From positions 1 to 63,314 of the IMG/VR virus record IMGVR_UViG_3300029536_000008: DNA of 63,314 bases. The stretch is one strand, 5' to 3'. This document shows positions 53,453 to 61,787 of this stretch, one piece after another. The notes beneath the pieces are model-generated. The model was not told the origin of the DNA. It saw nothing but the letters and a program-made list of their open reading frames with translations, and did no database searches. This DNA comes from a virus. A program made the translations under genes and the position numbers. Numbering within the stretch: the stretch's first letter is position 1; each line of letters opens with the position of its first letter.

Positions 53453-54209
53453 CTATCGTATATATGCAACATTATTGGATTCTTACTTCAATTACCTTAA
53501 TAGCGATGTCATATATGAGCGTTATTATGGGTGGAGTGAGAATCCACCATGTACGGAAGAAGAGTTTCGGCAGAAGCAGTTTCAAGAACTGATAGACCGT
53601 ATTAACCGCAAACCGTTTGATAGTGAAGCGGCAGACCGTGGCACGGCTTTCAATGAAATCATTGATTGTATGATTGAGAACCGTAAATCTTCTATAATGG
53701 AAATTAGCAAGGCATATCACGATGACGGAACACTTTACGGAATAAAAGCTGTTTACAACAATCGCACTTTCACTTTTCACATTGACCTTTGCCGCGAGTT
53801 TGCCAACTACTACAAAGGGGCATTAACCCAACAAAGAGTAGAAGCCATCTTGCCTACTGCATACGGTAGTGTATTGGTTTATGGTCTGATTGACGAACTG
53901 ATGCCTACCAGTGTTCACGACATCAAAACAACTGGAAGCTATACCGTAGGGAAGTTCAAAGACCACCACCAACATTTGGTTTATCCATACGCTTTGATGA
54001 AGAACGGTTCGGATGTGCGGACGTTTGAATACAACATTGTAGAGTTCAACAAAGGCGGTTATGTGGTAGATACCTATACAGAAACATACGTTTTCAATCC
54101 TGAACGTGATATTCCTATTCTTACTAATCATTGTGAGGAGTTTATCCGGTTCTTGGAAGAAAACAGAGAACTTATAACCGATAAAAAGATATTTGGAGGA
54201 GAAAATTAA
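53442..54209 (+). CDS. PD-(D/E)XK family nuclease
   Basis: VYGLIDELMPTSVHDIKTTGSY (D...D-x-K) followed by HQHLVYPY. Confidence 0.6.
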   Translation: MQPNYRIYATLLDSYFNYLNSDVIYERYYGWSENPPCTEEEFRQKQFQELIDRINRKPFDSEAADRGTAFNEIIDCMIENRKSSIMEISKAYHDDGTLYGIKAVYNNRTFTFHIDLCREFANYYKGALTQQRVEAILPTAYGSVLVYGLIDELMPTSVHDIKTTGSYTVGKFKDHHQHLVYPYALMKNGSDVRTFEYNIVEFNKGGYVVDTYTETYVFNPERDIPILTNHCEEFIRFLEENRELITDKKIFGGEN

Positions 54210-54661
54210 TGGCAAACCAAATAACCGGACGGATAATCGAAATCGGACAAACTGTTCAAATACCATCCAAAAACGGTGGTTCCTCGTTTACAAAACGGGA
54301 GTTCATTTTAGATGCTACCACTTACGACCCTTATACGGGAGAGCGTAGCGAGTATGAGAACATTATTCCCTTAGAGTTTTCAGGCGATAAGTGTGCAGAA
54401 CTTGACCGCTTTAATCAGGGTGATGTTGTTACTGTATCATTTGTTTTACAAGGACATTCTTGGACGAATCAAGACGGAGAACTCAAACGTATGGCATCTA
54501 TTCGGTGCTACAAAATAGATGCGCGTGGTGGTGTATCGCAATCCCAACAAACAACATCGGTACAACAGCCAGCGCCACAGTCGACCTATCAGCAACAGCC
54601 GCAGAATTTCCCGCCTCCGGTTGATGCTAATGGCAATGTAAAGGACGATTTGCCTTTTTAG
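54209..54661 (+). CDS. ssb: Single-stranded DNA-binding protein (DUF3127-type OB fold with an acidic DDLPF tail)
   Basis: N-terminal OB-like domain, Q/P-rich linker, C-terminal DDLPF tip. Confidence 0.7.
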   Translation: MANQITGRIIEIGQTVQIPSKNGGSSFTKREFILDATTYDPYTGERSEYENIIPLEFSGDKCAELDRFNQGDVVTVSFVLQGHSWTNQDGELKRMASIRCYKIDARGGVSQSQQTTSVQQPAPQSTYQQQPQNFPPPVDANGNVKDDLPF

Positions 54662-54664
54662 CGT

Positions 54665-55102
54665 ATGTTGTTCGACTTGAAGAATGAATATCAAATACCC
54701 AAGTTCAAGGAGTATGTAAACAAGCTGTTTAGTGAACGTGCGGTGGTGGAAGTGAAAAAGAAACTACCTAACCGCACGCTTGCCCAAAACAGCTACTTGC
54801 ATCTTCTTTTAGGGTATTTCGGTAGTGAGTACGGTTGCAGTCTCGACGAAGCAAAAATTGATTTTTATAAGAGGACTTGCAACCGTGATTTGTTTGAACG
54901 TAAGATGGTCAACAAGAAAGGCAATGAAGTAACCTATTTGCGCAGTTCTGCCGAGCTGACAACAGGTGAAATGACTTTAAGCATTGACCGTTTCCGAAAT
55001 TGGTCGGCATCAGTAGCTGGCATTTACTTACCTGCCGCAAATGAACAGCAGATGCTTATCTACGCACAACAAGAAATTGAACGTAATAAAGAATTTATTT
55101 AA
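54665..55102 (+). CDS. ninB: NinB/Orf-family recombination mediator
   Basis: NRTLAQNSYLHLLLGYF and SSAELTTGEMTLSIDRFRNW resemble lambda Orf (RSLDQN...; TS.M...EF). Confidence 0.55.
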   Translation: MLFDLKNEYQIPKFKEYVNKLFSERAVVEVKKKLPNRTLAQNSYLHLLLGYFGSEYGCSLDEAKIDFYKRTCNRDLFERKMVNKKGNEVTYLRSSAELTTGEMTLSIDRFRNWSASVAGIYLPAANEQQMLIYAQQEIERNKEFI

Positions 55103-55114
55103 AATATTGAGATT

Positions 55115-55816
55115 ATGAAGAATATTAGCGAAATGACAGAGCAAGAAATAATCGCTTTGTCGGACGAAGATGTCCAAAAAATGATAAAACTCCGCATGAT
55201 GGAGGAAGGCATTAAACTTTTAGATAAACCGAAAGTTCCAGAATTGTTCGAGATTGAACCTGCCGACACACAGTATTTCTCTATCCCACTTTTGGATGGT
55301 TTTGCTTTTACTGACATTGAGGAAGCTACTAAGGTTGCGGAAATCCTGAAAAGTGCAAAGTCTTTACGAAAAGTTGATTACGATTGGAATAGACTTGGAA
55401 GTGAATACAAGTACCTTAAAAAGAGTGAACGATACAAGTTCAACGGGAACTCAGATTTTGATATTCTTTCAGGCTGGGCTTACTCCAATGAACTATATGC
55501 TAAGATTTCAAATTTTGCCGCACAGAACAAGGTAATGAAAGAACAAGCGGAGAAAGATAAAAAGGAATACGAAAAGCAACTTTCCGAATCGGCTGAATTA
55601 GTACAGGAGATAACAGAACGTGTTCGTGAGGTTCGCAACAAATACGACCGTCTTGAAACGCTTTCTTGCAAGTTTGCCACTGATTACTATCCGTTGTCCG
55701 ACAATAACGAAGATATGGCAATGAAGTTCATGGTAAAGGCATACTCTTTAAATGACGAAGAACAATCGTTTGTACGCTCTAATTACAAGAAGCACTTGTT
55801 AAACAATGTACAATAA
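55115..55816 (+). CDS. Hypothetical protein
   Basis: 233-aa ORF. Confidence 0.55.
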   Translation: MKNISEMTEQEIIALSDEDVQKMIKLRMMEEGIKLLDKPKVPELFEIEPADTQYFSIPLLDGFAFTDIEEATKVAEILKSAKSLRKVDYDWNRLGSEYKYLKKSERYKFNGNSDFDILSGWAYSNELYAKISNFAAQNKVMKEQAEKDKKEYEKQLSESAELVQEITERVREVRNKYDRLETLSCKFATDYYPLSDNNEDMAMKFMVKAYSLNDEEQSFVRSNYKKHLLNNVQ

Positions 55817-55825
55817 AGAATTTCT

Positions 55826-56686
55826 ATGATAGAAACAAGAAAAACAGAAATCAGGTATGTGACATCTGACCCGAAAAAGATGCTCAACATGTACCTTGCA
55901 AAACGTGTCCTCAAAACATGGGAGGAGTCTTTCATTGATGAAGATACAGGTGAAACAGTAATCATCGAACGGAATGAAATTCTTTTTGACCGTGGCACGC
56001 TGATAGACCAAGACACTTTGGCGAAAATTCGTTTCAGTATGGAAGCTGACGGCATCAAGGAAGTGGAAGTCAGCAACCAGAACCGCTTGGCATTCGAGAA
56101 CGAGAACAAATTCTTATATCCCTATCTTGCACAGGCACAAATAGGGGACAAGAAACATAAGTTCCTGCTGTATGCCACCGGATTGGAGAATTCTTGTAGT
56201 ATCTTGAAAGATTACATCGAACTAAACTATATGTTCGGATTCACCTTGACAATGGTCAAGGAATTCGATTCTTGCGTGATTCTTACTGACAATTTGAAAG
56301 AACGCAAGATAGATGATGCCACCCTCGAAGAATTAAAAGATACATTCCTTTTAAACGATTCTGTAACGGAAGAAGATGAAGAAGAGGGAGATTCCAAGCC
56401 CAATGAAAAGAAATTCTATCAGATTGAGACGAAAATCACATTCACGGAAGGGGAGAATGAAGACGAAAGAGTCCAAACCTTTGTCGTGAACACCTTCAAC
56501 GTTGACAGAGCGATGATGCTTATTACCCACTATCTCAAAAACAAAGAGGAAGAATGTGAGAAACAAGCCAAAGAAAAGGGACATGAGTTCAGAAAGAGGG
56601 AAATCCATACAGCCATTGAATCTGCTAAACCTATCCCGGTCGGGCGGTTTATTCCGAAAGAGTTTTCAATGGCTTATATGGAATAA
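55826..56686 (+). CDS. Hypothetical protein
   Basis: 286-aa ORF. Confidence 0.55.
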   Translation: MIETRKTEIRYVTSDPKKMLNMYLAKRVLKTWEESFIDEDTGETVIIERNEILFDRGTLIDQDTLAKIRFSMEADGIKEVEVSNQNRLAFENENKFLYPYLAQAQIGDKKHKFLLYATGLENSCSILKDYIELNYMFGFTLTMVKEFDSCVILTDNLKERKIDDATLEELKDTFLLNDSVTEEDEEEGDSKPNEKKFYQIETKITFTEGENEDERVQTFVVNTFNVDRAMMLITHYLKNKEEECEKQAKEKGHEFRKREIHTAIESAKPIPVGRFIPKEFSMAYME

Positions 56687-56713
56687 CTTTGTTAACCTGC
56701 CTGTCCGGTCTGT

Positions 56714-56877
56714 GAAGATGGGGCGGGCGAAAATGGGGGTGCGCAGTGGAGTGCTTTTGACTTTCGAGAGGTGCACATGGTAGAAAGTACGGTACGTGAG
56801 ATATAAGGAGTAATTAACCTTAGAAGTAGCGCAAAAGGATAAGTCCTTAATTGGGTGTTCGAATCGCCCCATCTCCA
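56714..56877 (+). ncRNA. tRNA-like element: acceptor-like helix, variable-arm hairpin and T arm, but no D stem and an 84-nt internal segment
   Basis: gaagatg/catctcc (one A-C mismatch). tgcgc (56740-56744) / gcgca (56829-56833). aagga-taag-tcctt. gggtg-ttcgaat-cgccc. Confidence 0.35.
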
Positions 56878-56927
56878 CATAAATGTGAGCCACACATAAA
56901 TGGCAAGGGTTAGTAAATAATGGTTGT

Positions 56928-56954
56928 GCCCCGGAGAATACGCTTCGGGGCTTT
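56928..56954 (+). terminator. Hairpin terminator after the tRNA-like element
   Basis: gccccgga-gaatacgc-ttcggggc followed by ttt. Confidence 0.45.
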
Positions 56955-56967
56955 AATAAAAAACAGC

Positions 56968-57423
56968 ATGGAAACAAAAGAAATTACCAAGACTATTTAC
57001 ATTGCAAATGACGGGAAAGAGTTCTTAACGAAAGAAGATTGCGAAAAGCATGAAAGGTTTGTTGAAGAAATACTTTCACGTATTAAGTATTTCTGTATCA
57101 GATGTAATCCTGACTTAACAGAAACAGGAAATTTCTCTCATAAAATATATGTGGCTGTGTTTTCTAAACATTACCTATATAAAGATATTGCATTTCAATG
57201 GGCTTTAAAGAAGTTTGGTACTTACTTAGGGGAAAGCGTAATGGGATATGGCTTCCAACCCCATTTTAATGTAAGTGAAGTTTCTAAAGAAGAATATGAA
57301 GAATGCCCTGCTACTGTTTGGGGAGGCACTCCATTGAAGAGTGAGAAAATATTCCTTAGTCCTAAATCAGTAGAGGGATTTCCTGAAAACATTGACTACA
57401 TGAAAGAATGGGGATTTAAATAA
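56968..57423 (+). CDS. Hypothetical protein
   Basis: Start moved to ATG 56968, downstream of the terminator hairpin. Confidence 0.5.
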   Translation: METKEITKTIYIANDGKEFLTKEDCEKHERFVEEILSRIKYFCIRCNPDLTETGNFSHKIYVAVFSKHYLYKDIAFQWALKKFGTYLGESVMGYGFQPHFNVSEVSKEEYEECPATVWGGTPLKSEKIFLSPKSVEGFPENIDYMKEWGFK

Positions 57424-57902
57424 TGCCATACTACATAAAACGAACAAAGGCCAAGAAGAAAGACAAGCCTTTACCTCCGTTTGATAAAGCAGGGATAACA
57501 ATAAAGAAGAAGCCGGATTTGAAAGCTAAGCTCGACAAGGAGTTTTCCCTTTTTATCCGGCTTCGTGATGCAATGCCAAACGGGTATTTTAGATGTATCT
57601 CGTGCGGACAGATAAAGCCGTTTACACAAGCGGACTGCGGGCACTATTTCAGTCGTACACATTTGGCGACACGGTTTGATGAGAATAATTGCCATGCCGA
57701 ATGTCGACACTGCAACAGATTCAAAGCTGACCATTTGGAAGGCTATCGGGTGAATCTAATTGCTAAAATAGGTCAACAGAAATTTGATTTGCTGAAGGTG
57801 AAAGCTGCCGGCACTTCCAAAATGACTGATTTTGAGTATGAACAGCTAATCAAGTATTACAAAGCACTTAATAAAAAGTTACGAAAGGAGAAAGGGCTAT
57901 GA
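57423..57902 (+). CDS. ninG: NinG/Rap-family recombination protein
   Basis: FSLFIRLRDA...FRCISCGQ...ADCGHYFSR...TRFDENNCHAECRHCNRF. Confidence 0.7.
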   Translation: MPYYIKRTKAKKKDKPLPPFDKAGITIKKKPDLKAKLDKEFSLFIRLRDAMPNGYFRCISCGQIKPFTQADCGHYFSRTHLATRFDENNCHAECRHCNRFKADHLEGYRVNLIAKIGQQKFDLLKVKAAGTSKMTDFEYEQLIKYYKALNKKLRKEKGL

Positions 57903-59071
57903 GTTATGTATTACGAGATTACCAACAGAAGGCCTCTGATGCTGCTATTTCTTTCTTCAATAACAAGGCAAAGAAAACAAATGCCATTATGGTGTTACCT
58001 ACGGGCAGCGGAAAGTCGCTTATCATAGCGGATATAGCCGCAAGGCTTGACGGTCATACCTTGGTGTTCCAGCCCTCGAAGGAAATACTCGAACAGAATT
58101 TCAAGAAACTCTGTTCATACGGTATTCTTGATTGCAGCATCTATTCGGCTTCCTTCAACTCAAAAGAAATAAGCCGGATAACATTCGCCACCATCGGCAG
58201 TGTGAAGAATCATCCCGAACTGTTCACCCACTTCAAGAACATCATCGTGGACGAATGCCACCTTGTTAACCCTAAAGAGGGTATGTACAAAGATTTTTTT
58301 GATGCGGTGAAGTGTAAGGTTCTTGGGCTGACAGCTACACCGTATCGTTTAAGTTCCAGCCGTGACTTTGGTTCTATGCTGAAATTTATCACCCGGACAA
58401 AGCCTCATGTCTTTTCAGAGGTCATTTATCATGTACAGGTATCAACCCTATTGGATATGGGCTATTTGGCGAAGTTGAATTACTATCCAATGAATCCTTC
58501 GGGATGGAACGAACTTAACTTGAAAGTAAATACTACTGGTGCCGACTATACAGATAGGTCAGTTCAAAGAGAATATGAACGGATAGACTTTTACGGCTAT
58601 CTCGTTCATATTGTCCAAAGGCTGATGAATCCCAAAGCCGGAGGAAAACGGAAAGGTATTTTGGTATTTACCCGTTTTCTGAAAGAAGCGGAGCGGCTCA
58701 CCTGGTCTATACCCGGAGCCGCAATCGTTTCGGGTGATACCCCAAAAGGTGAGCGCGAAAGGATACTTGAAGCGTTCAAGGCTGGTGAAATTTCGGTAGT
58801 GGCGAATGTCGGGGTATTAACCACCGGCTTTGACTATCCGGAACTTGATACAGTCGTTATGGCACGTCCTACAATGTCACTTGCTATGTGGTATCAGATA
58901 GTCGGTCGTGCCATCCGCCCGCATCCTTCCAAAGAATGTGGATGGATTGTGGATTTATGCGGTAATATCAAACGTTTCGGAGAGGTGTCGGACTTACGGT
59001 TGTTTGATGGCGGAAATGGGAAATGGGCAGTTTACTCGAAAGAAAGGCAATTAACAAACGTGAGATTCTAA
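57899..59071 (+). CDS. SF2 DEAD/DEAH-box DNA helicase
   Basis: VLPTGSGKS (motif I), IIVDECH (motif II), LGLTATP (III), ARPT...QIVGRAIR (VI). Confidence 0.85.
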   Translation: MSYVLRDYQQKASDAAISFFNNKAKKTNAIMVLPTGSGKSLIIADIAARLDGHTLVFQPSKEILEQNFKKLCSYGILDCSIYSASFNSKEISRITFATIGSVKNHPELFTHFKNIIVDECHLVNPKEGMYKDFFDAVKCKVLGLTATPYRLSSSRDFGSMLKFITRTKPHVFSEVIYHVQVSTLLDMGYLAKLNYYPMNPSGWNELNLKVNTTGADYTDRSVQREYERIDFYGYLVHIVQRLMNPKAGGKRKGILVFTRFLKEAERLTWSIPGAAIVSGDTPKGERERILEAFKAGEISVVANVGVLTTGFDYPELDTVVMARPTMSLAMWYQIVGRAIRPHPSKECGWIVDLCGNIKRFGEVSDLRLFDGGNGKWAVYSKERQLTNVRF

Positions 59072-59075
59072 AACT

Positions 59076-60092
59076 ATGGACGAAGGATTTTTGAGGCTAA
59101 GCCGCAGGTTTTTCTCGAATGAAATGTGGAATGAAGCCCGTACTTTTAGCAGTTGTGAAGCGTGGTTAGACTTAATCCAGTCTGCACGATTTGAGGCAAC
59201 GCCCCGAAAGGAGAGTATCGGAGGTCGAGAAATCTCTTATTCAAGAGGTCAATATCCTGCATCCATAAGATTTTTATCTCAACGCTGGAAATGGTCTGAA
59301 AAGAAAGTGCGTTCCTTTCTTGTGCATCTTAAGAAAAAAGGTATGATAACTGTTGAGTGCAATCAGGGAATGAACCTTATAACCCTATGTAAATATGAAG
59401 AATATAATCCAATGGGCACAAGTAAGGGCACATGCAAGGGCACAGATATTGAAAAGAAAATCAAAGAATTACAGTCCGAATGGGCACAGCTAAGGGCACA
59501 ACTTGGGGCACAGTATGTGAACAATAATCTGCCGCAATCCGAACTTTTACAAAAATCAGGGCACACGGAGGGCACAAATACAAAGAAAGAAGAAGAAAGA
59601 GAGTATATAGATATATCTTCCCAGCAAAAGAAAGAAAATACTCCTGACGGAGTATCAAAGAAAGACAAGCTTTCTTCGCCCTCTCTTTCTGAAAAGATTG
59701 ATTACAGCGGATTGATGGAATACTATAATTCCACATTCAAAGATAGACTCCAGCAGATAAAATCAATGACCGATGTGAGAAAAAAGGCTGTAAAAGCCCG
59801 GATAGCCCAATATGGAAAAGAGTCAGTGAGAACTGTTTTCAATCTCATTCTTCAATCCCCATTTCTGCTGGGAGCTAATGACCGCAATTGGAAATGTGAC
59901 TTTGATTGGATTTTCAAACAGGCAAACTTTACTAAAATATTGGAAGGAAACTATAATGGGACAAGACTTAGTAAAAATCAACAGGATAGCGAGCAGCGAA
60001 AACGTGATTCAGTTCTTGCAGTCGCTACAACAGTCAGAGAAGCTGCCGCAAAAAAAAGAAAGGAACTTGAAGCAGAGGGCGTTATTGAATAA
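59076..60092 (+). CDS. Replication initiation / replisome-organiser-like protein (N-terminal winged helix)
   Basis: GFLRLSRRFFSNEMWNE...EAWLDLIQSARF...KKVRSFLVHLKKKGMI. Conserved C-terminal DFDWIFKQANFTKILEGNY. Confidence 0.55.
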   Translation: MDEGFLRLSRRFFSNEMWNEARTFSSCEAWLDLIQSARFEATPRKESIGGREISYSRGQYPASIRFLSQRWKWSEKKVRSFLVHLKKKGMITVECNQGMNLITLCKYEEYNPMGTSKGTCKGTDIEKKIKELQSEWAQLRAQLGAQYVNNNLPQSELLQKSGHTEGTNTKKEEEREYIDISSQQKKENTPDGVSKKDKLSSPSLSEKIDYSGLMEYYNSTFKDRLQQIKSMTDVRKKAVKARIAQYGKESVRTVFNLILQSPFLLGANDRNWKCDFDWIFKQANFTKILEGNYNGTRLSKNQQDSEQRKRDSVLAVATTVREAAAKKRKELEAEGVIE

Positions 60093-60675
60093 ATATCCTG
60101 ACCCTGCACAATTCATACTTGATTACAATCCAGATTTGCAGTTCAAAATTGTTAGGTGTAAGGCGACTCACTCCGATTTAGCCATGAATTTTTCCATACC
60201 TACATTAGGGCTATTGGCTTCGACTTATGGAGATGAGACCCCTTTGGAATGGTTGAAAATTCAATTCGGTACACTCAATGACTTCGCAGAGGTATCTACC
60301 AAGATTGCTAAGGAGCAGCTTAATGAGTTAGCAGAGATATTTATTTCTGAGTATTATTACATCAATGCAGCTGAGATATGCTTTTTCATTGCACGGTTTA
60401 AGTCTGGGAAATACGGACGATTCTATGGAGCTATAGACCCGATGAAGATTACAAACGCTATGCTTGACTATATCAAGGAACGCCGCATTGACATTGAGCG
60501 TTACGAACGTGAGCAATACCGACTACAGCGCCAAAAGGAGATAGAAGAGCGCGGTAGCAACGGAATTTCCTATGTCGAGTATCTTGAACGTGAACGTAAG
60601 CTTGTGGAAAGTGGAGATGCAGAAGCCATGAAACGAGCGGCAAATCGTGTATGTAGTATCAGTTTACGTAAGTAG
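59956..60675 (+). CDS. Hypothetical protein (start uncertain; overlaps the previous gene)
   Basis: The ORF track frame is open from 59878. ATG 59956 or ATG 60185 are possible starts. Confidence 0.45.
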   Translation: MGQDLVKINRIASSENVIQFLQSLQQSEKLPQKKERNLKQRALLNKYPDPAQFILDYNPDLQFKIVRCKATHSDLAMNFSIPTLGLLASTYGDETPLEWLKIQFGTLNDFAEVSTKIAKEQLNELAEIFISEYYYINAAEICFFIARFKSGKYGRFYGAIDPMKITNAMLDYIKERRIDIERYEREQYRLQRQKEIEERGSNGISYVEYLERERKLVESGDAEAMKRAANRVCSISLRK

Positions 60676-60704
60676 TGGCGAAAGCATAAATTTGACAATA
60701 AAGT

Positions 60705-60896
60705 ATGAGACTTACAATATGTTGGACGACAAGAGGCAGGCAAAGACGCTTTTACTATGATATATGCAAAAAGTTTGGCATATCGGATTACATGAGTGTT
60801 AATCATGAGACGCCATGTGATATAAGGGATGAAGATATGGAACTGTTGAAGGAATGCGAAAAACGAGGGTTTATCCAAATAAGAAACAAACGGTAA
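60705..60896 (+). CDS. Small hypothetical protein
   Basis: 63-aa ORF. Confidence 0.4.
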   Translation: MRLTICWTTRGRQRRFYYDICKKFGISDYMSVNHETPCDIRDEDMELLKECEKRGFIQIRNKR

Positions 60897-60902
60897 ATAA
60901 TC

Positions 60903-61070
60903 ATGGACATAGAGATTGAAAAGAAAATCGAACAATTGGAGTGGCAGCGTGACAATGCAATGCGCATACGCTGCCCGTTGGTGGCAAGGAAGTATCAGCG
61001 CATGATTGATGAACTTGCAAAAGAGAGCAGAAACAAGAATATGAACAAGGCAGAACAGACAAGGCAATGA
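60903..61070 (+). CDS. Small hypothetical protein (55 aa, below the ORF-track cutoff)
   Basis: Manual translation: MDIEIEKKIEQLEWQRDNAMRIRCPLVARKYQRMIDELAKESRNKNMNKAEQTRQ. ATGA overlap with the next gene. Confidence 0.4.
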   Translation: MDIEIEKKIEQLEWQRDNAMRIRCPLVARKYQRMIDELAKESRNKNMNKAEQTRQ

Positions 61071-61699
61071 CTACCGACACGGCAAATCAGATAATCAACA
61101 AGTATGAGAGCCTTGTAGTTCTGTGCACCTACAACATATTGCTCACGAACGACATCTGTTGTGGGCAGGTTATCGAGTGTCTGCATGCGATGAAGAGAAC
61201 GCCTTATTACAAACAGGCATTCAAGCGGTATTTGAATGATGCCGATAAGGCAAGAAAGGAATACGAGCGTACTGTAAACAGCGTTATCGGTTCAGACCGG
61301 AGCGAGTTTTTCGCCGACTGCAACGACAAGTATACGGAAGAAGTGAACAAGCACGTGGATATGTTGTATTGGCAATTCAAGCAGGTTCTTGACGATAACG
61401 GCATATCCCATTCCGCAGAGATTGCAAGGTTCGAGCTTGCAAGGACATTGTGTGATTACGCCTGCATCCAGTTTGACGAAAGGATTAAAGAACTTCGGAA
61501 GAAAGATGCACGGTTCAACGGGTTTACGTTGGAATATTTGAAGCTTTCCAATGTAGCAAGGGTGATGAACCTTGCTTCCGACAGTTTGAAAATCGGGAAA
61601 ACGGTCAATATGAACACAGAGCGGTGTACAGCAGCGTTTGATGTGCTGGTAAGAAAGCTGTCGGATGCGGATAATATTGCCAACGCAATAAAAGTTTAG
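61067..61699 (+). CDS. Hypothetical protein
   Basis: 210-aa ORF. Confidence 0.55.
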   Translation: MTTDTANQIINKYESLVVLCTYNILLTNDICCGQVIECLHAMKRTPYYKQAFKRYLNDADKARKEYERTVNSVIGSDRSEFFADCNDKYTEEVNKHVDMLYWQFKQVLDDNGISHSAEIARFELARTLCDYACIQFDERIKELRKKDARFNGFTLEYLKLSNVARVMNLASDSLKIGKTVNMNTERCTAAFDVLVRKLSDADNIANAIKV

Positions 61700-61787
61700 T
61701 GAGATGAAACCTATTTATAACCTTATAACCCTCCTCATGGACTGGCTTTCGGTAGAGGTCGGAGTGGATGAAGAGTGGTTCTGAATT

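Noticed and set aside
56714-56877. tmRNA
   Set aside because: The T arm and acceptor end are superficially tmRNA-like, but the element is only about 165 nt. I could find no resume codon or tag ORF and no pseudoknot series.
56556-56977. ORFs 56556-56783 (+), 56666-56977 (-) and 56692-56895 (-)
   Set aside because: They cover the tRNA-like element and its terminator and have no coding features.
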